From Pseudovirgaria hyperparasitica (taxonomy: Eukaryota), in the NCBI GenBank assembly GCA_010093815.1, contig ML996567.1: 64,000 nucleotides of DNA. One strand, 5' to 3'. Below, piece by piece: positions 36,700 to 48,527 of this stretch. Position 1 is the first letter of the stretch. The number at the start of each line of letters is the position of its first letter. The position numbers and the translations under genes are program-made. The notes under the pieces were generated by a model. The model was given only the letters and a program-made list of their open reading frames with translations, had not been told where the DNA came from and searched no databases.

Positions 36700-37758
36700 A
36701 TGTCTGAACTATCCAACGAACGTACTGTCTCCGAGATCCTCTTCCGGACTTTCGCCCTCCGGATCGTCGTTGCCCTGACCCAATCATCCCTCCTTGCTCT
36801 TCAAGGTCAGCACCCTCAGGGCCGCAGTTTCCAACAACAAATCGCTCTTTACACGATCCTACCTGTGACCGCATTAGCCGACTATATAGCTCAAATCATC
36901 CAGTTCTTCGCCTCGCTCAAATGGAATCGCACCAGGCGAACGATTCAATTTGTAGTGCTCCAGCTCGCTGGAGTACGCATCCGCATCGACGGCGAGACCG
37001 GCGGGCAAACCTCCCAACTCGTGTCTCTTCGCGCCTGCGACTCACGTAAAATCATCCGGCAATCTGTTCGCGCCTTCAAGCAGCCACAAAAGGTCCGCTT
37101 GGAACGCCTAGGCCAAATCCTCGCCGCTGCGGCGTCGTTCGTAGGCTGCCTATTCGTTGTCATTCTTGTCGTGCGCCGCATCGTACTCGTATTACACTCC
37201 TGGCTGCTTCTCGATTTCTGGAACGGACTGGCAGCATTAAATGGCTGCATTGCAGCCTTCCATGTCATTCTCATTTTGATGTTCGGCCCGGCACTAGAGA
37301 CGTGGACGTACCCACCGGAAGCCGCACTGCGTGTATCGCGGAAGCCCACCAATGGCCTGGGCATTCCAACATTGCTTATGATATCTTATCCTGCAAACGC
37401 GTTGTTCTTCAATTTCTTTCATGTCTTCCATCATCGTTTGCTCGCGATGATCCGAGGGCTGCTGTGGGCATTGCTATTGCCAATCAGCTCGCGCAAACCG
37501 TACTTTGAGGGCTTCACGCCGCTGCTGTTCGTGGCGCTCTGTGTTGGAACGTGGCATATTGATTGGATTCGCAAGTCAAAGACGCCGCTAATATGGGTGT
37601 ATTGGGCGGCATTCGGTTTGATGGTGTTCAATGATTTGTGGCTGATATATGGATGTATCTCGGATGAGGTGTACCACGCAAGGGAAGGCTATCCGGGCGA
37701 AACCTTCCACAACTGGATTTGGGTTGACGAAATGAGACCTTACATGCTCGTGTATTGA
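36700..37758 (+). CDS. Hypothetical multi-pass membrane protein, 352 aa
   Basis: Long intronless ORF with several hydrophobic segments; no family recognised. Confidence 0.7.
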   Translation: MSELSNERTVSEILFRTFALRIVVALTQSSLLALQGQHPQGRSFQQQIALYTILPVTALADYIAQIIQFFASLKWNRTRRTIQFVVLQLAGVRIRIDGETGGQTSQLVSLRACDSRKIIRQSVRAFKQPQKVRLERLGQILAAAASFVGCLFVVILVVRRIVLVLHSWLLLDFWNGLAALNGCIAAFHVILILMFGPALETWTYPPEAALRVSRKPTNGLGIPTLLMISYPANALFFNFFHVFHHRLLAMIRGLLWALLLPISSRKPYFEGFTPLLFVALCVGTWHIDWIRKSKTPLIWVYWAAFGLMVFNDLWLIYGCISDEVYHAREGYPGETFHNWIWVDEMRPYMLVY

Positions 37759-38867
37759 AGATAGGTTCGATGGAGCTGCGAGAACGAGTAGGTGCTGGGC
37801 ATCTTAAGGTGTATTGGACGGCGCACTCGGACAAAAAGTTTTGGAGCTACTGCTCTTCTCATTCTGTATATATAGTTCCGCTGTTGCATAAAAACATGTA
37901 GACCAAACACATCCTACCAGCTCGCACTGAAGTCCATATCCGTGTGCTTCCCGGAATCCTGTCACTAGCGTATCTTCATCCATTCTCTATTAAGAGCTTA
38001 TATGTACTTAAGCTTGTAGATGAGTATGTAAAGATATGTTAAGTAGATATTGTCCTACCCGAAGCTCGGACGGTGTGTCGATGAGCAGATAGATTCAGCA
38101 TGTACCTTAAGGCGGTTTTTGGTGTAATATAGGAATAATTCGTGGGTGTAGATGTAATAGGCAGGTATTATTCATAGTCTGAGTGTGCTTTGTGGCGATC
38201 CGTGTCTCTTCTATGTAAGTCTGCGTCGTAGCAGTGTATATATATATCTGTATGTCCACGATGATCCTCCTTATCTCCGTTACAAGAGGCTATCGTGTAT
38301 ATATGAGGCGACTCTACACTGAGTGTCTGATGCCCAACGCGTAAATTATGTGACTCTCTATGACTGTTGCAGCACAATAACTTCAATAAGTATATAGATA
38401 TACCTCTATAAGCTTACGTAGAGTATTTCAGAGTTCAAACATAGAAGTAGTGATAAGCTTTCGTTAATCATGGATCCCGTATCCAAACGAAGCTTCTGAA
38501 TGGGTTCGTCTTCATCATATGTGTGTTCATTAGTAACGCTACACTGTAATGTACTACCTTCATCCTCTGCTGGCTGATAGAAACATTGTAGCTGGGCTGA
38601 TACCACTATGGCATGCACACCGCAATTGAGGATGGACGAAAAGCGAACTAGACACGGGACTCAGACTTCAGTGCTAACATGTAAAAGTGTTGCCTATTCC
38701 AAATCCTTGTCTTCATTGTCTTCACATGCAATTTCGTAGCACCAGTGCCACCAATACCCCACCGCAGGATTTTAGCCTTGTAAGAGAATAAATGCATATT
38801 CCACCTTCAGGCGTCTTCCGGCGGCTCAGTACTCCGTCCACCACTACACTGAAGCATCAAGTTCACG

Positions 38868-40934
38868 ATGGCCATCCAATCTCTTTCCCAGACCAGTTCT
38901 GAGCACTCTGCGCCCATTGGAGTTCAGGAAATCTATGATTTGGCAAACCTGCCTCCATTGCCCGAGTCCCCTCGAGACTCGCAAGCATACGCGTATACTC
39001 CGCTCATCGATTCAATCTTGGAGATCCGGCTCATCAATATACTACCTGGGCGTGAAGATGACCCTTTGGAAGTTGAGATATGCACTACTCCGTTAATAAG
39101 CGCAAATCTTCCGAAATACGAAGCACTCTCGTACGCTTGGGGAAGCCCTGAAAAGACAGAAACGATTTACCTGCGAAACAAGACATGCTTCGATTACGAC
39201 GTGCATCATCCAGGCTATGGCAAGCCAGGATGCTGCGTACCAGCAACTCCTTATGACATTCTCGGAGTGACATCGAATCTCGGTTCAGCCTTACGACACC
39301 TCAGATACATCGATGCACCTCGGGTCATGTGGATTGATGCCATCTGTATCAATCAGGAAGACAATCTCGAGAAGAGCGATCAGGTCTACAGCATGGCCGA
39401 CGTGTTTCATAAAGCCACGCGTTGTATCGTTTGGCTAGGCCCAGAAGCAGACGACAGTTCGCACGCTATGCATCTCTTGGATACCATTGGGAGACGCGGG
39501 AATGATTTTGGTCGACCAGTTGCTGAAGACGATGTCAATTCCTCGTCAACTGATCATGACCCTGAACGACCGTTGACAGAGAGAGGCCTTCGCTCCATCT
39601 TATCTATCACGTCCCGTACCTGGTTCTCACGGCTTTGGACTCGACAAGAGATAGTACACTCTTCAGATGAATCTATAGTACAGTGTGGTTGGGATCACCT
39701 CCTATGGGGAAGGCTCAGGAACGCTTTTACCCCTCTCTATCAAAATCTTCGTCTTTGTTGGCTCCCTCCGATTAAGGATCTGGACGAGATCGTGTTCAGT
39801 ATCTTCAAGAACTTGATGGCCACACCAAAGAAAGAAGTCAGATTTATGAATGCAATGATGGCTGCTTCAACCAGCCACTGCGTTGATCCCCGCGACAGAG
39901 TCTTTGCTATGATCTCCTTCAATCATGAAATTCGTCTGAGGATCAAGCCAGATTACTCCCGTACTGTGCTTAGTGTCTATACGGATTTATTGCTCCACAT
40001 GATAGATATAGGTGGTTCACTGAATGTGTTATCTCACTGTGGGGTGGCTTTGCGCCCTTATGGTTTCCCCACGTGGGTGCGAGACTGGCGAGTTGCTTCG
40101 CCACAAGAAGGCCTCATATTCTCCTGGGCAGGACACTGGGCCTCGGCGGGCACAGCAGCTGAGGTAGAATACGATAAGCTGAAAAGAAAGCTGAGCAGCA
40201 GAGGACTGATCCTCCAAAGTATTGTACATGTTTGGCCAAGTTCGACCGATTCCAAGAATCTGGCCTCGCAAGAATGCCCCGACTTACGCCGAGACACGCC
40301 GTCACAATCTCCCACGCCTCTAGTATACAATCCGTTTTCCATTCCAAGTATAGTTCCCCCCGATGAACGCTTTGACCTTCCCGGTATGGGCAGAGCTCAA
40401 AAAGACAAGTTGATAAGAAAGCTCGTAGGCTCTCCAAGCAAGGGTTGCAATAGCTTCAGAATTGTTGAACTCCTATTAGAAGAAAGATGTAACACCAAGA
40501 GAGTCGAATTTATGGCCGAAGACGGTTCACATGGAATTGGCCCAGCCGACACCCTTTCAGGCGATATTGTTGCCAGTTTTCTTGGAGCATCGGTCCTCTT
40601 TGTCCTGCGTCCGGTGTCAGCTTCAAGCGATTATCAATTAGTTGGAGAGTGTTGTCTTCACGGATACATGTATGGTGAGGCTCTTTTTGGGCGGCCCCTG
40701 CGACCTTGGCTTCCGGCTATGCTGGGGCGTGACGCAGATAATAGAGGACCGAAAAGGGCCTATATGGATTCAATTACCAACAATGCACAGTTTGCCGACC
40801 CCAGACTCCCAAACATCCTCCACAGTGAACTTAGCGCCGAAGAAAGGGCTTCTATACAGCCGGACGGGACCGGGTTCACACCAAATCTTCTCCGCAAGAT
40901 CGGTGTCCCATTGCGGACCATAAACCTAGTCTGA
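38868..40934 (+). CDS. Heterokaryon incompatibility (HET-6-like) HET-domain protein
   Basis: EIRLINILPG, YEALSYAWG, WIDAICINQED, WLGPE, WFSRLWTRQE, DPRDRVFA, PTWVRDW, LVGECCLHGYMYGEA. Confidence 0.93.
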   Translation: MAIQSLSQTSSEHSAPIGVQEIYDLANLPPLPESPRDSQAYAYTPLIDSILEIRLINILPGREDDPLEVEICTTPLISANLPKYEALSYAWGSPEKTETIYLRNKTCFDYDVHHPGYGKPGCCVPATPYDILGVTSNLGSALRHLRYIDAPRVMWIDAICINQEDNLEKSDQVYSMADVFHKATRCIVWLGPEADDSSHAMHLLDTIGRRGNDFGRPVAEDDVNSSSTDHDPERPLTERGLRSILSITSRTWFSRLWTRQEIVHSSDESIVQCGWDHLLWGRLRNAFTPLYQNLRLCWLPPIKDLDEIVFSIFKNLMATPKKEVRFMNAMMAASTSHCVDPRDRVFAMISFNHEIRLRIKPDYSRTVLSVYTDLLLHMIDIGGSLNVLSHCGVALRPYGFPTWVRDWRVASPQEGLIFSWAGHWASAGTAAEVEYDKLKRKLSSRGLILQSIVHVWPSSTDSKNLASQECPDLRRDTPSQSPTPLVYNPFSIPSIVPPDERFDLPGMGRAQKDKLIRKLVGSPSKGCNSFRIVELLLEERCNTKRVEFMAEDGSHGIGPADTLSGDIVASFLGASVLFVLRPVSASSDYQLVGECCLHGYMYGEALFGRPLRPWLPAMLGRDADNRGPKRAYMDSITNNAQFADPRLPNILHSELSAEERASIQPDGTGFTPNLLRKIGVPLRTINLV

Positions 40935-41250
40935 AAAATCCAACGTATACGGCTCCTAAAATATCTCAACCCGAACCATACTGCATTGGTATCAACTCCC
41001 ACTAAATGACCCAACTGCTCCATCTACTGTATGCCATAGTCATGGTTTTGAACCTGCTACGCTCCAACTTTCCACTTACCACCCAAGATCAAAGCATTGC
41101 CTTCTACTTCACATTCTACGAGCCCCCACACGCAGCGACTGGCACTTACAATTTCTCATAATCTACTGATGCATGATAAGCACCACATCGCACAGTTCTA
41201 TTGAGATCCGACTTGGCGAGTTTGGCGCCGTTTTAACAAATCCCAACGAG

Positions 41251-41274
41251 AGGAGGAGGAGGAGGAGGAGGAGG
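41251..41274. repeat. (AGG)8 microsatellite
   Basis: Directly visible. Confidence 0.9.
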
Positions 41275-42946
41275 AGAGATCGAATGCGACAACCACGCAC
41301 ACCTACACTCATCAAACGAATGAACTTCACAGCTTCGCTAGCGCGTCCTTCCTTACTTTCATTCAGTACACCTATATCTATCTTCATATGTTACCGATCG
41401 ATTTAAATCATTCGAAATCCCTCGAAACCAGCACCTAACGCCAAAAACTCATTTTTTCCTCAACGAATCACTTATATCCCATATCTGACATATAATATAT
41501 CTGTCTTCTTGTCTTCACCCCGCACATCTGGATTTATCCCCCTTTGCACTTACTACACTCTCTACGCTTGTTTAAGCTATTTACCCAATCAACCCTTATT
41601 GAGATCCCTTGAATCGTCTACCTGATTCAAATCACTTACGTTTCCCACGCATCACTCATGATACAGCATAAAATATCTTCCTCTTCCCGTGATACGTTCC
41701 GCAATACGAGATCCGCCGTCTTGTCTCCTCTGAAAGCATAAAAACCCTATATAGACTACCCCACCAAATCACCCATCAAACACAAAAGACTTACCCCTTT
41801 GGTCATCACGAAATAAACCTACCTCATGAGCCCTCGTACTCATGATGTATGTAGAATCTTCGTTCCTATTTACTATTATCGCATCATACGCTCGCCAAAC
41901 TCTTCAAAATCATCTGCAATCTTCCAAAACAATCTTATCTGCCTACCTACCCACTAACCCAACCGAACGCAGCCCGTTGGGTTCCCCTCCCAAAGCGTCC
42001 TCATCACTGCACAACACATATAAACAAGTTCAACCTACCCTATTCCCACTCCGTACTTCCGATAAATCATTCCGCCGAACGCAGAGGCACGTTCAGCCGA
42101 TCCTCACCATCACTTCCCGAATGTCAAGCTTATGATATGGCTGTATCCATATATGCATCCAATGGCACAAATCCAAATTACACGAAACAAAACCACTCAC
42201 GGTACGACTCGCACAATAAGCCACACCATCCTTCCTCGTAGTTGACGATTATGAAATGATGCTACAGGAGTATAAGCTGGCAGTATCCACACCATACCCA
42301 TCGCAACAAACTCCACCATCGCTTACACACTCCCTCTTCCATCTATCCCCTACCACCTAGCTCCAAGTCTTTCAAAAGACGAGCCCAGGCATATCAAAAT
42401 GAGGGACAGGTTGCGAATTCCATTTTCCTATACAACGTGTGCATAGGCATACACGTCCGCGTCCGCCCTCCTTCGCCCCCTTTCGCTCTACATGACATCA
42501 ATACCCGGCGCCACGACCATCCATCCCACCCGTTTATCCACCCATCAATTCAGCCAAATCCCAGCTTGCGCCTCATAATTCTCCAAGTAGACGCTACGCG
42601 TAAGCTTCAACATAATGCGCCACAAAAGATGCACCGCAGAAGAAAAGAAGGTTGGGGGGTAGTGCGTGCAGAGCTCGGAATGTCGAAATCGACAGATATA
42701 TATATATATATATGATGTCAAGTCAAAATTAACAACAAAAAAACCTATGCTAAGCTAAGCTAATAATGCCTCATGACACATGATCATCGTCATTGTTGTT
42801 GTTGTGGTCGAGGTATATGTATATAATACAGTGTTTTTGTTCTTGATTTCGTTTCTTATGGAGGAAAAGCGCCCAAACCCCAAACCCCCGGTCCCCACCT
42901 GATCACCAGACGGTCACGGAGCTTTTTGATCGTAATGGGATGGATC

Positions 42947-45561
42947 CTAACGCCGGTAGTTACTCAGTTGGGCCATAAGTTGAGCCATGTCGGGCTGTAT
43001 CTGGGCTGGTGATTGCGGTGAAGCGTGTTGCTGCTGCTGCTGTGTGTGTTGTTGTTGGTGCTGCTGCGGTCGATGCTGTTGTTGTTGTTGTTGCTGCTGC
43101 TGCTGCTGCTGTTGGGCTTGTGAAGGTTGAGCGGCCGCGAGTAGAGCTGCGAGAGCTGGGTTGTTGGCGTATAGGTTGTTTTGATTTGGAGGAGGGCCAG
43201 ATTGAGCAAACATATTCTGCTGCGGTGCTTGGCCACTGAGCAGCTTTGACAGGTCAGGCGTGAGACTGGTCGGGATAGAATGATGCGGCTGTTGAGGAAC
43301 TCGCGAGTTCGGCTGGGCCTGCTGTTGCATAGCACCGAGTAGCTGTTGGAGAGCAGGGCCATCTAGCGAGGATATGGCGGAGGAAAGGTTCGAGGGGAGG
43401 CCTGGGGCTGCCTGAGGTGGTGCATACTGCGGAGTGGCTTGCTGTTGTGGCAATCCGTATTGAGCAGGGGGAAGACCGTATTGCACCTGTGGCACAGCAC
43501 TCTGCTTTGCTCGTACAACAAGCTCTGCTGCAATCGCGCCGTCGAGATCTTGATATTCAACAAACTGAACATCGGAAGCGCCACGACTCCTATCGAAGAC
43601 TTGTAACGGGATCTTGCCAGTCTGCTGCGATGCTAATGTCAGCCTCGACACCGCCAGGACGCCTTCAACAATCTGTCGGCGGACAACAGCGGCTTCCGAC
43701 AAGCGTGGACTGAGGAGGAGAACGTCAACTCGCACGCTCCGATCTTTGAACGCCTTCTCCACGTAAGCAATGAAATTCATGTCAAGAGATGTATCGAGTA
43801 CGATGATTTGTATGTCGGGAACGTCTTGTGGGGCGCGTCTAGGCAGTGGAAGATCGTCGTCATCGTTTGTCCTCCGGGGACTCGGACTGCGGCGCCTTGC
43901 TCGGCTATAAGGTGATCTTGATCGACTTCGCCTGTATCGATCGTGACTGCGATCACGACGTCGACTACCTCGCGGTGGTGACGGAGATCTGCCTGGACGG
44001 TAATCGTCTCTTCCGCCGCGTCTGTCTCTATCCCGAGGCGAGCTTTGTCCGCCAGTGTACCGGTCTACGCCTCGCTGGCCACTACCACGACCGTAGTCTG
44101 GAGACCGTGAGCGACGTCTATTATTACCACGGTTGCCATCCCTATCTTGCTTGGCTGCGTTGCCTGTATTACGCTGTGGTTTAGAGATTTCGAGATCTAA
44201 AACCGGTTAGACCTACGCATGTCAGGAGGAGCAATGAACTCACGCATCTTCCTGCCGCGAACTGGCTGGCCCTGCTCCGTTGACAAAGCTGCGCGGCAAG
44301 CATTCGTGTCAATGAATTGTACAAAGCCGTATGCCTGCTTGAGCGATATCTGCGCCAACTTGCCGTGTCTGTGGAATATGTGGAACAAGTCTCTCTTCGT
44401 GACTTTTTCGGTGGGTAGATTGCCTAGGTATAAGTTAGATTAAGACTTTGACCAATTACATTTGAGCTTCATACCAATGAATAGACGCGATCCAGGAGGA
44501 AACTTGTCCCATTGACCTTCCGTAACATTCGTTCTCTCGTCGACGAGGAACTGATCATAAAGTCGTTGCACCTCAGGAGGCCACGGTGCCTCGTCGTCAT
44601 CTCCGACGTCTTTTTCATGGCGAACGTCGACTGACTCTTTGGGCAGATAGCCTGGCGTTGAAGGCGTGTAAGAATGTTGGGTAGCAGAAAGTGGAGTCTT
44701 CTGGTAATTCATAGATGTAGTAGAGGTAGGGGTAGCGGTCATTAGAGGGGTCAGGCCTGGTTGGGCTCTGAAAGGCGCCCCTGCCGTTGTTTGGCTATGG
44801 GGATGGTACGAACGAATGTCGTCTTGTGGAGTATAATTCGGATGTGTGGCCGGTTTCTCTTGCGGAGGTGGACGTGGAGGGAGATTGGGATGGGATAGAA
44901 GAGCAGCAGCGGCATTCGAGGCTGGGTCGGTGAATGGGATGTAGGCTTGGTTGTCATTGGGTTCACCTTCTTGTGATTGAGAGTTAGAATTCGCTGGTAT
45001 GAGGAAGTTGAGAGAGGCAAAGTAGTTGGCCCCACCATTGCTGCCTTTGTTGTTATCAGCCTCAATACGAGGCTCCTGAGAATCATTTGGAGAGAAGTGT
45101 CCCGCAAGGAGACTGGACAAAGTAGAGGCTTGGGAAGTAGATATGTCACTAGGGGCTGGTGCGGTGGGATTTTGAGGTCTTTGCGTGGAATCTTGAATTG
45201 AGTTGGTACCTTGAGAAGTTGAGGTTACTGCTTCGCCGTCATAATCATATGCTTGAGCATAGGACCCTGAACCACTGTTTGCGCCGCCATTTTGACCAAA
45301 AGCTTGAGCTATTGTGTTTCCATCTGGAGTGTCGTACAGAGAGTTGGCCGCAGGTGCGTCCGAGGGGGTATAGTCCTGCATGGCACTGAAAGGTGTGGGG
45401 TTACCTATCTGAGCAGATGTTTCATTCAACATTGTCAGGTCGGTCTGTCTCTCAAGGATCGGGATATTGGAAGGCGAAGGGTAATGGACTGGTTTCGGAG
45501 ACACAGGTTCGAGGGTCTCGCCGCGAAATTGAACTGCTTCTTGCGGAGGACTGGGTATCAT
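42947..45561 (-). CDS. NAB3: Nab3-like nuclear polyadenylated RNA-binding protein (RRM, Arg/Ser/Asp-rich linker, polyQ tail), 3 exons
   Basis: FPPGSRLFIG|NLPTEKVTKRDLFHIFHRHGKLAQISLKQAYGFVQF ... RKM|HLEISKPQ; VPDIQIIV-type domain; C-terminal polyQ. Confidence 0.85.
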
Positions 45562-46161
45562 CTAGAGGGAGGGGCGCAAGTGCACCAGCGAGGTCCGCAA
45601 TCGAAATCAACCTCAATTCATCGACAAATGGGCCTGCGCTGAAGGACTAGTAGCTCAGGTCTATGTCAAAGCAGGTGGCAAAGGTGCGCGAGGCGTTCAG
45701 TTGAATGCGCTGCGCTGTGTCGTGATGATGCGAATGAATGCGCGGTGAAGCAGTCTTACGCGATAATGAAGCAAGGCAAGATTGCGATGGCTGAGGACAA
45801 GCAAGGCGTCGGCAACAATTCCAGAGCAAGTAGATGGGCGAATGGGACGAATGTCAAGAGAATTTCAGTTCCAGTGTATGGCAGGGCGAGAGGGTGATAA
45901 GTAGGGAAAGAGAAGATTGGGATGGTGTTTGTTATGAAGATGTGTGGGAGGAGAGGTGGGATGTGAAGGAGAATGGCGACGGCGACATCCATTCATTGAA
46001 AGGCGTTTGAGCTTTTTGCGCATTTTAGCGCCGTTTGGCCCAAAGCCGGAGAACTGCCATGGATTCATGGATCAAGAACATCATAGAGTCTTTTCTTTCT
46101 TACCTCAATTCTACTCTATTACTTCTGCTGAGAACCACCCTGGACGAGCACTTGCACGGTC

Positions 46162-46844
46162 ATGCTACGCGTTCGATCATCTATTGCCAAGTGGTCGTGC
46201 AATCGCAGAATCCTTGGTGTTGCGCAGCTACGGTACGCCTCCAGTCGACCAACGAGCGACGAGGAAGAAAACATTGGGGCTGCACGGAAATGGCTTGACC
46301 AGTTCAATCCGGACACGATACCGAAGAATATATGCGAGGTCACTTTCAGTCGAGCTTCAGGCCCTGGTGGTCAGAATGTGAACAAGTGTGTGATATACTG
46401 GTCATGTCATGTACATAGGTTCGCGAAGCGACTAATCTCGAGATAGAACCAATTCCAAAGCAACTCTACGCGTGCCTTTGGATACACTTCTTCCACGCAT
46501 TCCTTTGCTACTCCATCCAGCGATCCGCGCTTCCCGATTCTACGCTGCAAAGTCAGATTCGCTGGTTTTGCAAGCCGATGATAGTCGCAAACAGAGCGAT
46601 AATTCACATGCGTGCTTTACAAAACTGAACCAGTTGATCACTGAAGTTGGTCAGCCCGCGGTGCCTGGTGAAACTTCTGCAGAGCAGAGGCGGCGAATGA
46701 AGAGCCTGTAAGATTCGACTCACAACTCGCAGAGTTATACTGAGTCGGCTTAGGGAAGAGGCGCAGAACTCGAGCAGGCTGAAGACCAAAAAGCTGCATA
46801 GTCTCAAGAAAAGCAGCAGACGTGGTAGCCACTCAGATTTTTAG
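46162..46844 (+). CDS. PTH4: Mitochondrial codon-independent peptidyl-tRNA hydrolase (ICT1/Pth4/ArfB-like), 3 exons
   Basis: Arg-rich presequence; FSRASGPGGQNVNK (GGQ motif); DSRKQSDN; basic tail RLKTKKLHSLKKSSRRG; TAG at 46842-46844. Confidence 0.88.
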
Positions 46845-46882
46845 ATATGGCTGTGTATTGGCTCAGAAGACCCAATTGCGGC

Positions 46883-48241
46883 TCATACTCCTGTTCCATC
46901 AGGCTTCTTCGGCCATATGCGATCTCTGATCCGTACGAGTTGGGTCGCATCACCTTGATGACCGTCTGCGCGAAGCTGCATGATAATAGCTGTAATTGCC
47001 TGCGGACTAGATGAGTCTACACTCGTCAGAAGTTGACACTGCTGTCGGATCGACGCCGTAATTACTTTGCGGACTGCAGCATCCAAGTCCTCGTGCCGCA
47101 GTAGTCGAACGAGGCATAGGATCGCTCTCCTTGCCACCGATCCAGGTGACGAGGTCGATGTTGAGGCCAGTTTCAGCAGCCGCAAGCATTCCCCGAGTGC
47201 AATGGGAAAGTCAGGAGAGTCAGGCTGGCAGCCTACAAGCACAAACTTGGCAGCCGAAGTAGCATGCGAAACTGACTGTGGCGCGGAAGCTTCCAGGTAG
47301 TCCAGTACATGTTGCAGTATATTTTTGAGGTTTGCGATCTGATCGAATTCAGCAAACATGTCGAAGAAGCTTTCCGCTAGCTCGATGTCCTGTTCGAATT
47401 CAATCATCGCTGCATCGAATATAGCCATGGGTATGGCGCCCGTCATGGCAGGTGTGTTTGATAGGTCTTGTAAGGCCTTTTCGTCAAGTGCAGTTTCTTG
47501 CGGCATGTCTAGATTGACATCATCCCCTGGCGCCGTTGCGACTTGATCTTCCACTTCAGCCTCCTGCTTCCTGTCCTCGCCGAGACCAAGCACATGCCGT
47601 CGAGCTGCGATTTTCGCAATGTAGATCATCTCCAGTTTAGCGTATTCCAACCATATATTCTTGCACTTCTTGCAGAATCTAAGACCTCGCTGCATATGTC
47701 CTCTAGCAGCTTGCATATCAGCATTCTCGTCCATTGCGAATCGCGCGGCAGAAATCCATAGTTGCGGCTTCGTTGGATGCAATCGCAGCACGTCTGTAAA
47801 GATTCGTTCCAATTTCTTGTATGCCTTTTGCTTTTTGGTGTATTCGATATACTGCATCCATAAGCTGGTGTCTGCGTAGAACTTGCGCGTCCCGCGCTCA
47901 AGTATGAAAAATATCCGTTGCTGCCCTTTGTGTCCAGATATCTTTGCGCCCATACGCTTTGCGCGCTTTTGGGTGAGGGCTTCGAGATTGAGTTCGTATT
48001 CCGCATATCGTGCATAGTCAGAAGGTGAGGATACAGCGCGCGTATTCAGCTTATGCTCGAAGTCGGAACGTTTTTTTACGATCGAAGTGATCTCTTCCTG
48101 TTACATAGTCAGCAAACCTCCACTGAATGCCATAGCCTGGGGGATATTTGCCTTGCTGAATATGCCTTTTCGTTCAAGCTTTCGCAGCTCCGGAACCGTC
48201 TGCTCCAGGTAGAATCGCGCTTTGTCTGAAGCTGACGCCAT
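46883..48241 (-). CDS. UTP6: U3 snoRNA-associated protein 6 (HAT repeats), 2 exons
   Basis: MASASDKARFYLEQTVPEL...IFSK|EEITSIVKKRSDFEHKL joined by GC-AG intron 48151-48098; RIFFILERGTRKF; ARGHMQRGLRF; WLEYAKLE. Confidence 0.9.
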
Positions 48242-48527
48242 GTCTGAGAAGTCGTGGTTGTATTGATGTGCAGGGTGGGGATTGTACGCTTCACTCACTA
48301 GGGAGAAAAAAGTCGAGCCGTTTCTTCGGCATGCCGGTGATAGATCCATATCCGGCTGCGTCTCGGCCCGCACTTCTGACCACATGTCCCGCCGACTCCG
48401 CGCGATCTCAGGAGAGACGCGACTTCAGTATTATCTGCCTCTTAACTACTCTCTCCACCACATTTCTTGACATTCCTTTGTCTTTCTCGTTTCAATTGTA
48501 TGGGGTTCTGATTGAGAGCATTCCAAG
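48242..48527. promoter_or_regulatory. Compact divergent (probably bidirectional) promoter region, UTP6/CWH43
   Basis: Only 286 bp between the head-to-head start codons. Confidence 0.6.
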
